DNA of 17,605 bases from Trueperaceae bacterium (GCA_035703635.1 DASSXV010000045.1:1-17605), one strand, 5' to 3'. Shown: positions 7,958-15,876, counted from the first letter of the stretch. Made by a program: numbers and translations. The notes: generated by a model not told the origin, from the letters alone.

Positions 7958-9361
7958 GTGAGCGAAGCACTCGCACGGGCCTTAGGGGCAGCAACCGAAG
8001 CGGCAGAAGACCAAGTCAAGCAGCTCATGGAGTTCGTGAGGATCCCGAGCGTCAGCACCGACCCAGCGCACGGCGCCGACATAACAGCCGCAGCCGACTG
8101 GCTGGCAGAGCGCATGCGCCAAGTTGGCGTGCCGGACGTGAGCGTCATGCCAACGGCAGGCAACCCCGTAGTGCTCGGCCGTTGGCACCACGACACCGCA
8201 CTGCCGACCGTCATCATCTACGGGCACTACGACGTGCAACCACCCGAACCGCTCGAACTCTGGAACTCGCAGCCGTTCGACCCGGTGTTGAGGGACGGCC
8301 GCCTCTACGGTCGCGGGGCAAGCGACGACAAGGCCGGCGTGCTGATCGCGCTAGGCGCCGTGGCAGCCACTGCCAAGGCTGGCGGAACGCCCCCGGTCAA
8401 CGTCACCCTGCTCGTCGAGGGTGAGGAGGAGATCGGCAGCCCCAACCTGTCCGCGTTCTTGGCAGCAAACAGGGAACTCCTGCGAGCCGACCTGGCGATC
8501 AGCGCAGACGGCGGCATCTTCGACGTCGGCGTGCCGTCCGTTACGGTCGGTTCGCGCGGGTTGGCTGGCGTCGAGGTGACAGTGAACGGCGCGAACGCCG
8601 ACCTGCACTCAGGCATGTTCGGCGGCGCGGTCGCCAACCCCATCATGGCGTTGGCGCACATCCTCTCGTCGTTGCAAGACGAGCAGGGCCGCGTGCTGGT
8701 CGCGGGCTTCGAGGACGGCGTCGAGCCGTTGAGCCAAGACCTGCGCGCCGCCGTTGCCGCGGTGCCGGAAGAGGGCGCCGGGCCGGCCGCGCTAGGACTG
8801 AAGGGCTGGTGGGGCGACCCGAACTACACGCCAGCTGAACGCCGGGTCGTGCGCCCAACCCTCGAGGTCAACGGCATGTGGGGCGGCTACCAGGGCGGCG
8901 GCATCAAGACCGTGCTTCCGAAGGAGGCGCACGCCAAGATCACGTGCCGCCTAGTCGTCGGCCAAGACCCTGACCGGGTGGTCGAGGCGCTAAGCGAGCA
9001 CATCCACAAGCACGCACCCGCCGGAGTGACGGTGACGGTCAAGCCGCTGGCCGGGAAGGGCCGCGCCTACCTCATGCCGCTCGACCACCCGGTGCTCGCC
9101 CTCGCGAGCGATGCCATGGAGGCCGCGTACGGGCCGCGACCGTTCCCCGTTTTCACGGGCGGCACCGTGCCAGTGGCCGAGCAGTTCGGCAGCGTGCTCG
9201 GCATGTGGTGCCTCTACTTCGCGTTCGGCGAACCGGACAACGGACTTCACGCGCCGAACGAGTTCTTCAGGGTAGCGGCGTTAGCGCAAGGCACCGACGC
9301 CACCGTCAGGCTCCTCTACTCGCTCGCGCGCTCACCAGAGGCGCTCGTAGCCCTAACCTGA
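7958..9361 (+). CDS. M20 family metallo-dipeptidase/amidohydrolase (ArgE/DapE/CNDP-like)
   Basis: [51 protein letters not shown]. Confidence 0.92.
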   Translation: MSEALARALGAATEAAEDQVKQLMEFVRIPSVSTDPAHGADITAAADWLAERMRQVGVPDVSVMPTAGNPVVLGRWHHDTALPTVIIYGHYDVQPPEPLELWNSQPFDPVLRDGRLYGRGASDDKAGVLIALGAVAATAKAGGTPPVNVTLLVEGEEEIGSPNLSAFLAANRELLRADLAISADGGIFDVGVPSVTVGSRGLAGVEVTVNGANADLHSGMFGGAVANPIMALAHILSSLQDEQGRVLVAGFEDGVEPLSQDLRAAVAAVPEEGAGPAALGLKGWWGDPNYTPAERRVVRPTLEVNGMWGGYQGGGIKTVLPKEAHAKITCRLVVGQDPDRVVEALSEHIHKHAPAGVTVTVKPLAGKGRAYLMPLDHPVLALASDAMEAAYGPRPFPVFTGGTVPVAEQFGSVLGMWCLYFAFGEPDNGLHAPNEFFRVAALAQGTDATVRLLYSLARSPEALVALT

Positions 9362-9382
9362 CGGCAGAGGAGGCGACCAACT

Positions 9383-10840
9383 ATGGCGGTGCGCAGCGGC
9401 GAGCAGTTCCTGGAGGGCCTGAGGCGCTCACCGCCTAACCTCTACGTGGACGGGGTGCGCGTCCTCGACCCAGCCGCGCACCCAGCTACCGGAGCCGCGG
9501 CGCGCGCGATCGCGGAACTCTACGACCTACAGTTGCGCCCCGACCTGTTGGAAGGCATGACGTTCGCCGGCGCGGACGGCGCGCGCTTTGGCATGAGCTT
9601 CCTCGAACCGTCGACGGTCGACGACCTGCGGCGCCGATCGCGCATGCACCGCACGTGGGCGAGGCACTCGTTGGGGTTCATCGGGCGCAGTCCCGACTAC
9701 CTCAACGTCAACCTCATGGCTAGCGCTCGCGCCGCCAGCTACTTCGCCCGCGGCGACGAGCGCTTCGGCGCCAACATCCGGCGCTACTTCGAGCATGTGC
9801 GAGGCAACGACCTGTGCCTCACGCACGCCCTCACGGACCCGCAAGTCAACCGCGCAGTGGCCACCGACCGCCTCCCCGACCCTTACATCGCGTTGGGGGT
9901 CGTCCGTGAGACGGGCGAAGGGGTCGTCGTGCGCGGCGCGCGCATGCTCGCCACCCTGCCCATCGCGGACGAACTGCTCATCTTCCCGGCGCCGGGCGGA
10001 CAGACGGCCGTCGACCCGACGCGCTACGCCCTGGCTTTCGCGGTGCCTTGCAACACGCCCGGGCTGACGTTCATCGCGCGCGAACCGCTGTGGCCGCGCC
10101 GCAGCCGCGTAGACCACCCGCTAGGCTCGCGCTTCGACGAGCTAGACGCGCTAGTCACCTTCGACGATGTGCTCGTGCCGTGGGAGAGGGTCTTCCTCCT
10201 CGGCGACCCCGAGCTCGCTGCCGGGGTGTACGGGGCAACGAACGCCGCGTACCAGATGGGTCACCAAGTCCTCAACGTCAAGATCGTGAAGGCGCAGGCG
10301 TTCCTTGGGGTGGCGGAGCTCATCGTGCGCGCCATCGGCAGCGCCCAGTTCCAGCACGTGCAACAGAAGATGGCCGAACTGATAACCGTCCTCGAGACCC
10401 TCGAGTCGCTCCTCACCCGGGCAGAAGAACGCGCCACCCCGGACGAACACGGCACCATGACGCCGGACCGCGCCACCATGAACACGGCGCGCGCGTACTT
10501 CCCGCAGGTTTACCCGCGCATGGTCGAGATCCTGCAACTGCTAGGCGCCAGCGGCATGATCATGCTGCCGAGCGAAGGCGAACGCTCAGGGCCGATGGCC
10601 GACGCCATCGACAAGTACCTGCAGTCGAGCACCCTGGCGGCGGGCGAGCGGCTGCGGCTCTTCCGCCTCGCGTGGGACATGACCATCTCCGCCTTCGGCG
10701 GGCGCCAGAACCTCTACGAGAAGTTCTTCTTCGGCGACCCGGTCCGCAACCAGGCGGCGCTTTACCACGCGTACGACATGAGCGGCCCCCTCGCCCTCGT
10801 CGAAGCGTTCCTCGGCGCAAGCGACCAGACGGATGCCTAA
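9383..10840 (+). CDS. hpaB: 4-hydroxyphenylacetate 3-monooxygenase oxygenase component-like protein (HpaB family, FADH2-dependent); substrate may differ
   Basis: GRSPDYLN, THALTDPQVNR, RGARMLAT, SRFDELDA..FDDVLVPWERVF, FGGRQNLYEKFFFGDP; SD GAGGAGG upstream. Confidence 0.9.
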   Translation: MAVRSGEQFLEGLRRSPPNLYVDGVRVLDPAAHPATGAAARAIAELYDLQLRPDLLEGMTFAGADGARFGMSFLEPSTVDDLRRRSRMHRTWARHSLGFIGRSPDYLNVNLMASARAASYFARGDERFGANIRRYFEHVRGNDLCLTHALTDPQVNRAVATDRLPDPYIALGVVRETGEGVVVRGARMLATLPIADELLIFPAPGGQTAVDPTRYALAFAVPCNTPGLTFIAREPLWPRRSRVDHPLGSRFDELDALVTFDDVLVPWERVFLLGDPELAAGVYGATNAAYQMGHQVLNVKIVKAQAFLGVAELIVRAIGSAQFQHVQQKMAELITVLETLESLLTRAEERATPDEHGTMTPDRATMNTARAYFPQVYPRMVEILQLLGASGMIMLPSEGERSGPMADAIDKYLQSSTLAAGERLRLFRLAWDMTISAFGGRQNLYEKFFFGDPVRNQAALYHAYDMSGPLALVEAFLGASDQTDA

Positions 10841-10904
10841 GCCTGGGTACGCCCAAGACGGAGTCCGTGCGGTCGGCATGCGAGTATCGTGCCTAGACTG
10901 AGGT

Positions 10905-10928
10905 ATGAGGAGGCGGGGCCGCGCGTGA
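10905..10928 (+). other. Possible leaderless Arg-rich micro-ORF (MRRRGRA*) overlapping a GC hairpin in the leader of the solute-binding protein gene
   Basis: ATG AGG AGG CGG GGC CGC GCG TGA, 5 nt after TAGACT (10894-10899); hairpin arms 10919-10925/10930-10936. Confidence 0.3.
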
Positions 10929-10969
10929 GCGCGCGGTGCGCCGCCGCGACCAAGTCCCTGGAGGGAATC

Positions 10970-12184
10970 ATGCGTAAGTTGAACAGTCGTCCAACCTTCC
11001 TCGCGACGCTCGCCTTGGCCGTCTTCGGCTGGGCCCTGGTCGTGCCCGCCACGACCGGGTTAGGCGTGGCCCACGCCCAGTCGCAAGTCCTGCGCGTTGG
11101 GGCCGTGATCTCCAGCACCGGAGAGTCCGCGGCCCTCGGAGCGAGCGAGGCCAACACTCTCGCCCTCCTCGCCGACCAGCTAGCTGGCCGCAGCGGGGTG
11201 CAGGTCGAGTTGAGCGTGCTCGACGACGGCTCGCAGGTCGAAAAGACGATCGAGCTCGTCAACGGGTTGCTAGCCGCGAACGAGGTAGACGCCATCATCT
11301 GCTGCACGCGCTCGGAGGCCGCCCTGGCCGTGGTTGCGCCCATGCAGGCTGCGCGGGTCCCGCTCATCAGCCTCGCGGCAGCAGCGCCGATCGCCAACCC
11401 GGCTGAGTCGCGCCGCTGGGTCTTCTCGACCGCGCCGTCCGACACTCTCATCCTGCACGGCGTAGTGGCCGACATGCGCGCCCGTGGCGTGAGCGACATG
11501 ACCTTCGTTGGCCTGGCCGACGCTTTCGGGGAGAGCGGCCTAGTCGAGTTGCAGCTCCTCCTCCCAGGCAGTGGCATCACCCTTGACACCGTCGTGCGCT
11601 ACGACGCTCAAGCCACGTCCTACACGGCGCCCGTGCTTGCCGCCACGCTGTCGCGCCCGCAAGTGGTGCTCGTGTGGGGCATCGTCGACGACTCGGCGCG
11701 CATGGTCAGAGAACTGCGGACCCTAGGGTTCGGCGGCGACATCTACGTCAGCCACGGGGTCGGCAACCACCGCTTCATCGAACTAGCCGGCGCAGCCGCA
11801 GAAGGCGTGCGCTTGGCGGTAGGACCGCTGCTCGTCGCGGCAGACCTCGCGGCCACCGCCCCAGGGCGAGACGTGAGCTTGGCGTACGCCAACGCCTACG
11901 CCGCCGCCTACCCGGGTGAGACGGCCACTACTTTCGGCGGGCACGCATACGACGCCGTGATGGCGCTCGTGAACGCGGCCGACTTCGCTGATGCGCGTGG
12001 GGCGTTCGACACCGCTGACCACGTCGCCAGGCGCTTGGCGTTGCGCGACGCCATCGAGGGCATGGGCCCGTTCGTCGGCATCGGCGGGGTGTTCGACTTC
12101 ACCGGCACCGATCACTCGGGTCTTGACGACCGCGCTTACGTGATCGCGGAGATCAAGGACGGCGCCTGGCGCTTGGCTGACTGA
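10970..12184 (+). CDS. ABC transporter substrate-binding protein, LivK/HAAT type; resembles the aromatic-binding RPA1789/CouP-like subfamily
   Basis: Signal peptide ending AHA-Q; AVISSTG..AALG, DAFGESGL, YVSHGVG, TTFGGHAYDA, GVFDFTGTDHSGLD; start moved to ATG 10970 after GGAGGG. Confidence 0.85.
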   Translation: MRKLNSRPTFLATLALAVFGWALVVPATTGLGVAHAQSQVLRVGAVISSTGESAALGASEANTLALLADQLAGRSGVQVELSVLDDGSQVEKTIELVNGLLAANEVDAIICCTRSEAALAVVAPMQAARVPLISLAAAAPIANPAESRRWVFSTAPSDTLILHGVVADMRARGVSDMTFVGLADAFGESGLVELQLLLPGSGITLDTVVRYDAQATSYTAPVLAATLSRPQVVLVWGIVDDSARMVRELRTLGFGGDIYVSHGVGNHRFIELAGAAAEGVRLAVGPLLVAADLAATAPGRDVSLAYANAYAAAYPGETATTFGGHAYDAVMALVNAADFADARGAFDTADHVARRLALRDAIEGMGPFVGIGGVFDFTGTDHSGLDDRAYVIAEIKDGAWRLAD

Positions 12185-12201
12185 CCAGCACCGAGGTAAC
12201 T

Positions 12202-12237
12202 AGTGGGCCGCGGCGCCGTTCCTGGCCGCGGCCCACT
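12202..12237. terminator. Hairpin between convergent genes, probably a bidirectional terminator
   Basis: Perfect 13-bp stem AGTGGGCCGCGGC / GCCGCGGCCCACT with a 10-nt loop; no strong U-tract. Confidence 0.7.
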
Positions 12238-12246
12238 CGTGTGTGG

Positions 12247-12738
12247 TTAACCGATCGGGTTGTCGAGGCCGGCAGCGCGGCGGTAGAGCATCAGCTGACC
12301 TAGGTGGTAGGTCTCGTGCCACACGAGGAACTCGAGGCGCTCACGCACCGTCCTGCGGCTGGCTGGCGCGGCCAACTGCTCCGGCGTAAGCGCCGCGATC
12401 GCCGCGAGCAGCGGCACGTTGGTCAGGTCGTACGCCCTCACCTGCTCGGCTAGGGTCGCCGTGGCCTCAGCGGCAGGCTTGCTGCCGTAGCCGAAGGCCT
12501 CGTCCACCTCCTCAGGGCGCACGCGCCCTACTCCAAGGAGCGCGAGGATGGAGTCACGGTTGCCGACCAGGTGCCCGACCAACCAGTTCATGTGACTGCC
12601 GTCCTCCACCAAGGAGACGAGGGAGGCCGCCTCTGGCATGTCCGCGGTCAGTTGCAGCACGATCCGATGATTACGGGTCAAGGTGTCTGCGAGGGTGGTG
12701 CGCAGGAACGCGGCCGTCAGTTGGTCTTGGTCTGTCAC
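12247..12738 (-). CDS. DinB/YfiT family protein (putative metal-dependent thiol transferase fold)
   Basis: HMNWLVGHL and WHETYHLGQL His motifs; start probably GTG 12738 (SD GAGGTG) or GTG 12747; directly follows nfo. Confidence 0.82.
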   Translation of the reverse strand: MTDQDQLTAAFLRTTLADTLTRNHRIVLQLTADMPEAASLVSLVEDGSHMNWLVGHLVGNRDSILALLGVGRVRPEEVDEAFGYGSKPAAEATATLAEQVRAYDLTNVPLLAAIAALTPEQLAAPASRRTVRERLEFLVWHETYHLGQLMLYRRAAGLDNPIG

Positions 12739-12748
12739 GAGTGTCACC

Positions 12749-13591
12749 TCAGAGGAATGCACGGAGCTTCTCCATATCGCGGGCGTGGCCAAGGTCGTCG
12801 TCGCCCAGCGGCGTCTCGAGCAGTTTTGGTACCGCTGCAAGGCGCCCGTCGTTGACGATCACGGCGAATGCCTCTGCGCCGATCTCGCCGTCACCGATGT
12901 TCTCGTGACGATCCTTGTGTGAACCGAGCGGGTGCTTGGAGTCGTTGAGGTGCACGCACAACAGCCGCTCGATTCCGACGATGCGGTCGAACTCCTCGAG
13001 TACGGCCTCATAGCCAGCTGGGGTCCTGAGGTCGTAGCCAGCCGCGAAAGCGTGGCAAGTGTCAAGGCAGACGCCGACCCTCTCCGGCTGGTCGAGCAAA
13101 GCGATGATGCTGGCTAGCTCCTCGAAGCGCACCCCGATGGTCGAACCCTGCCCCGCTGTGTTCTCGAGCAGGAGCTTGGTGCGCACATCCGGGCTGGCGG
13201 CAAGCACGGCGTCCATGTTGCGCGCGACGTCCTCCACGCCGACTAAGACCCCAGCGCCGAGGTGCGCCCCCGGGTGGAACACGAGGCCGGCAACGCCGAG
13301 TAGATCGCAGCGCGCGAGCTCGTCAGCCAGCCCGGCGCGTGACTTCTCGGAGATGTCCTCCTTCTGCGACGCGAGGTTGATGAGGTACGCGGCGTGCGCG
13401 GTCACCGGCCACGGGTGGGTGGCGTGCGCCTCGTGGAACTTCTGCACGTCGGCGGGGTCGATGGCCTTAGCCCGCCACTGGTTAGGGCTCTTGACGAAGA
13501 TCTGCAGCGCCGTGCAGCCGATCTCCAGGCCGCGTTCGAACGCCTTGTAACTGCCCCCGGCAGTGGAAACGTGAGCGCCAATGAGTGCCAT
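12749..13591 (-). CDS. nfo: Endonuclease IV (AP endonuclease)
   Basis: IGAHVSTAGG, AHAAYLINL, FHPG, LLENTAGQG, CLDTCHAFAAGYD, HLNDSK, DRHENIG, ETP; start moved to ATG 13591, 7 nt after TAAACT. Confidence 0.96.
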   Translation of the reverse strand: MALIGAHVSTAGGSYKAFERGLEIGCTALQIFVKSPNQWRAKAIDPADVQKFHEAHATHPWPVTAHAAYLINLASQKEDISEKSRAGLADELARCDLLGVAGLVFHPGAHLGAGVLVGVEDVARNMDAVLAASPDVRTKLLLENTAGQGSTIGVRFEELASIIALLDQPERVGVCLDTCHAFAAGYDLRTPAGYEAVLEEFDRIVGIERLLCVHLNDSKHPLGSHKDRHENIGDGEIGAEAFAVIVNDGRLAAVPKLLETPLGDDDLGHARDMEKLRAFL

Positions 13592-13647
13592 GAGGATGAG
13601 TTTACCTAGCGCTCGGCCAGCTCGCCCGCGTTGATACACTCGCCTGC
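13592..13647. promoter_or_regulatory. Back-to-back promoters for leaderless nfo and nucS transcripts
   Basis: Minus strand TAAACT-N7-ATG; plus strand TGa-TACACT-N7-GTG (13632-13650); neither gene has an SD. Confidence 0.65.
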
Positions 13648-14406
13648 GTGGTAAGAGACCTGCTGACCGACCCGGGCCCGGAAGAGCTAGTAGCGTTCCT
13701 AGACGAGCACTTGCGCGCTGGTGGCGAACTCGTTCAAGTGGTTGGGGAGTGCGAAGTCCTCTACAGCGGGCGCGCGGCCAGCGTCGCAGAGGCCGGGGCT
13801 TACATCGTGCTCGTCAAAGCGGACGGCAGCGTGCAAGTACAGGGGCCGCGCGGCGTGAAGCCCGTGAACTGGCAACCACAAACGGACGACGTGCGCGTCA
13901 CCATGGAGGACGGTTACGCCGTGCTGGTCGCGGAGCGCTTCAGCCCGGCCGAGTTCGTCAGGGTGGCGTTCCAAGTGCCAGTTCTCGCGCTCGCCATGCG
14001 GCTCGAGGAGAGCGGCAACTTCGTGCTCATGGGCAGTGAGGCCGACATGCAACGCGCCCTCGCGCGCGACCCGGAGATCATCGAACCCGGCCTGGTCGTC
14101 ATCGAGCTCGAGCTTCCCACGGACGTCGGTGGCATCGACCTCTTCGCGCGCGACAGCGAGGGGCGCCTGGTCGTCGTCGAGCTCAAACGCGGCAAGGCCA
14201 ACCACGAGGCCGTCCACCAGCTTGATCGCTACGTCAAGAGCGTGCGCGCCCGCTACCCGGGTGAGGTGCGGGGAGTGCTCGCTGCCCCGGCCGTGACGGC
14301 GCCCGCGCTTAACCGCCTCGGCGCGTTAGGGCTCGAGTTCCGCGAGGTCACCGCTTTGCCTGGCGCCGCCGATGAACCAGCAGCGCAACCTGGCCTGTTC
14401 GGGTGA
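13648..14406 (+). CDS. nucS: Endonuclease NucS/EndoMS (mismatch-specific endonuclease), full two-domain form
   Basis: YSGRA, VKADGSV, KPVNWQP, SEADMQ, IDLFARD, VVVELKR, AVHQLDRY; C-terminal QPGLFG. Confidence 0.92.
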   Translation: MVRDLLTDPGPEELVAFLDEHLRAGGELVQVVGECEVLYSGRAASVAEAGAYIVLVKADGSVQVQGPRGVKPVNWQPQTDDVRVTMEDGYAVLVAERFSPAEFVRVAFQVPVLALAMRLEESGNFVLMGSEADMQRALARDPEIIEPGLVVIELELPTDVGGIDLFARDSEGRLVVVELKRGKANHEAVHQLDRYVKSVRARYPGEVRGVLAAPAVTAPALNRLGALGLEFREVTALPGAADEPAAQPGLFG

Positions 14407-14420
14407 ATAGTGCGGCGCGG

Positions 14421-14431
14421 ATGAATTTCAT
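14421..14431. promoter_or_regulatory. AT-rich palindrome ATGAA-T-TTCAT upstream of the GalT-like gene, possible operator
   Basis: Perfect 5-bp inverted repeat in a GC-rich background, about 25 nt upstream of TAGACT (14457-14462). Confidence 0.3.
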
Positions 14432-14470
14432 AACGACTAGCGCGGCAACGCCGGATTAGACTGGCTTCGC

Positions 14471-15472
14471 ATGCCGTTCTTCAGGAAGGATCCCTTCGGG
14501 CGCGCCTGGGTGTTGCTCTCTCCAGAACGTGGGCTCGAGCCCTCCGACTTCGGAAGCGTCGCTCCCTCGGCTGAGCGTTCGCGCCTCTCGCCTGGCGGCG
14601 AGGGCGTAGGGGTCGAGATCGCCGCGCTTAGGCCGGCTAGCTCTCAAGCCGGGGGTCCTGATTGGCGGGTGCGTGCCCTCAGCCACCCTGCTCAGCTCGT
14701 GAGCGCCAGGCCGACCGACGTCGACGCCGGCGACGCTCTCTTCAAGCAAGCCGCGGCGTACGGCTATCACGAGATAATCGTCGAGCACCCTGACTCCAGG
14801 AAGCGTCTCGAGACCATGTCGAGCGAGCACCTCACCGACGTCCTGCGCTTCTACCGCGAGCGCATCGCCGTGGCGGCGGGGCGGCCGGGCATCAGGCACG
14901 TGCAGCTCACCCGCAACGTCGGGCGCGCAGCTGGTGCCGTTTACGACCACCCTCACTCCCAACTGCTAGCGGTGCCCGTTACTAACCGCTGGGTGGAGGA
15001 GGAAGTCTCGGTCGCCGCCGCGCACTACGTGGAGCATGGACGCTGCCTCTTCTGCCAAGTGCTAGAGCGTGAGATCGCGGCTAGGCAGCGGGTCGTCACG
15101 CAGAACGATGCCTTCGTCGCCATCGCGCCCTTCGCTTCCAAGACTCCGTTCGAGACGTGGATCTTGCCGCGGCACCACGGCAGCTCCTTCGCATCCGTGG
15201 CTGCCAACACGCTGCCTGCGTTAGCGGAGATCCTGCAGAAGCTCGTGCGCGCCTTCAACGACGCCCTCGACCAACCGCCTTACAACCTTATGCTGCATAT
15301 GGTGGTCGAGGAGGGGAGACCGGACTTCCACTGGCACATCGAGTTGCTGCCGCGCCTCACCAACCAGGCGGGTTTCGACTGGGGTACTGGTTACTTCGTG
15401 AACCCAACCATGCCAGAGGACGCCGTGCGCTTCTTGCGCGAGGCGCTCGCCATGCAGGAGGTGCGCGTATGA
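14471..15472 (+). CDS. GalT-family (HIT-like) nucleotidyltransferase/phosphorylase with a divergent N-terminus
   Basis: RKDP..W, GYHEIIVE, DHPHSQL (HxHxQ), CLFC, PFAS.TPFETWILP, FHWHIELLPRL, AGF..GTG..VNP..PE. Confidence 0.85.
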   Translation: MPFFRKDPFGRAWVLLSPERGLEPSDFGSVAPSAERSRLSPGGEGVGVEIAALRPASSQAGGPDWRVRALSHPAQLVSARPTDVDAGDALFKQAAAYGYHEIIVEHPDSRKRLETMSSEHLTDVLRFYRERIAVAAGRPGIRHVQLTRNVGRAAGAVYDHPHSQLLAVPVTNRWVEEEVSVAAAHYVEHGRCLFCQVLEREIAARQRVVTQNDAFVAIAPFASKTPFETWILPRHHGSSFASVAANTLPALAEILQKLVRAFNDALDQPPYNLMLHMVVEEGRPDFHWHIELLPRLTNQAGFDWGTGYFVNPTMPEDAVRFLREALAMQEVRV

Positions 15473-15798
15473 CGGCGCCCCGCCAGGCCGACCTCGAGCC
15501 CCCTCAGGCTCCGCGCAGACAGAAGCTGAACCTCGTCATCGTCGTCCTCGCCACGCTTGGCCTGCTGCAGCTCCTGTACCTGACCTTCGTTGAGAGCGAC
15601 CGCATGTTCGTGACCAGGCGCGAGGTCGCGAGGCTCGAGGCGGACGTGGCGCGCCTGCAGGCCGAGCAGCAGGGCCTGCTCGACGTGGCCGCGCACGCCG
15701 CCGACCCCATCTTCCGCGAGCAACTCGCGCGCCTGCAGGGCTTCATCGGGCCGGACGAGTTGCGCGTAGTCACGTCACCCCTGAGCACCGGCGACTAA
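15469..15798 (+). CDS. Septum formation initiator family protein (FtsB/DivIC-like)
   Basis: 109 aa from ATG 15469 (ATGA overlap, SD AGGAGG); one hydrophobic helix, a coiled coil, then EQLARLQGFIGPDE. Confidence 0.75.
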   Translation: MTAPRQADLEPPQAPRRQKLNLVIVVLATLGLLQLLYLTFVESDRMFVTRREVARLEADVARLQAEQQGLLDVAAHAADPIFREQLARLQGFIGPDELRVVTSPLSTGD

Positions 15799-15876
15799 CC
15801 CAAGCGAGAAAGTTAGCGTGATTGCGTCTGGGGCGGGGTATCCTCACCAGCAACGAGCAGCAGGAGGCAATCACGC

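Noticed and set aside
10048-10896. 282-aa same-strand alternative-frame ORF overlapping hpaB
   Set aside because: Arg/Pro/Ala-rich composition typical of off-frame GC-rich DNA; the hpaB frame is intact, so no frameshift is needed.
13592-13647. Radiation/desiccation response motif (DdrO box) or LexA box between nfo and nucS
   Set aside because: No AT-rich 17-bp palindrome of that type is visible.
15157-15468. N-terminal extension of the 213-aa ORF 15157-15798
   Set aside because: It overlaps the GalT-like gene; the likely start is ATG 15469, with an SD and an ATGA overlap.
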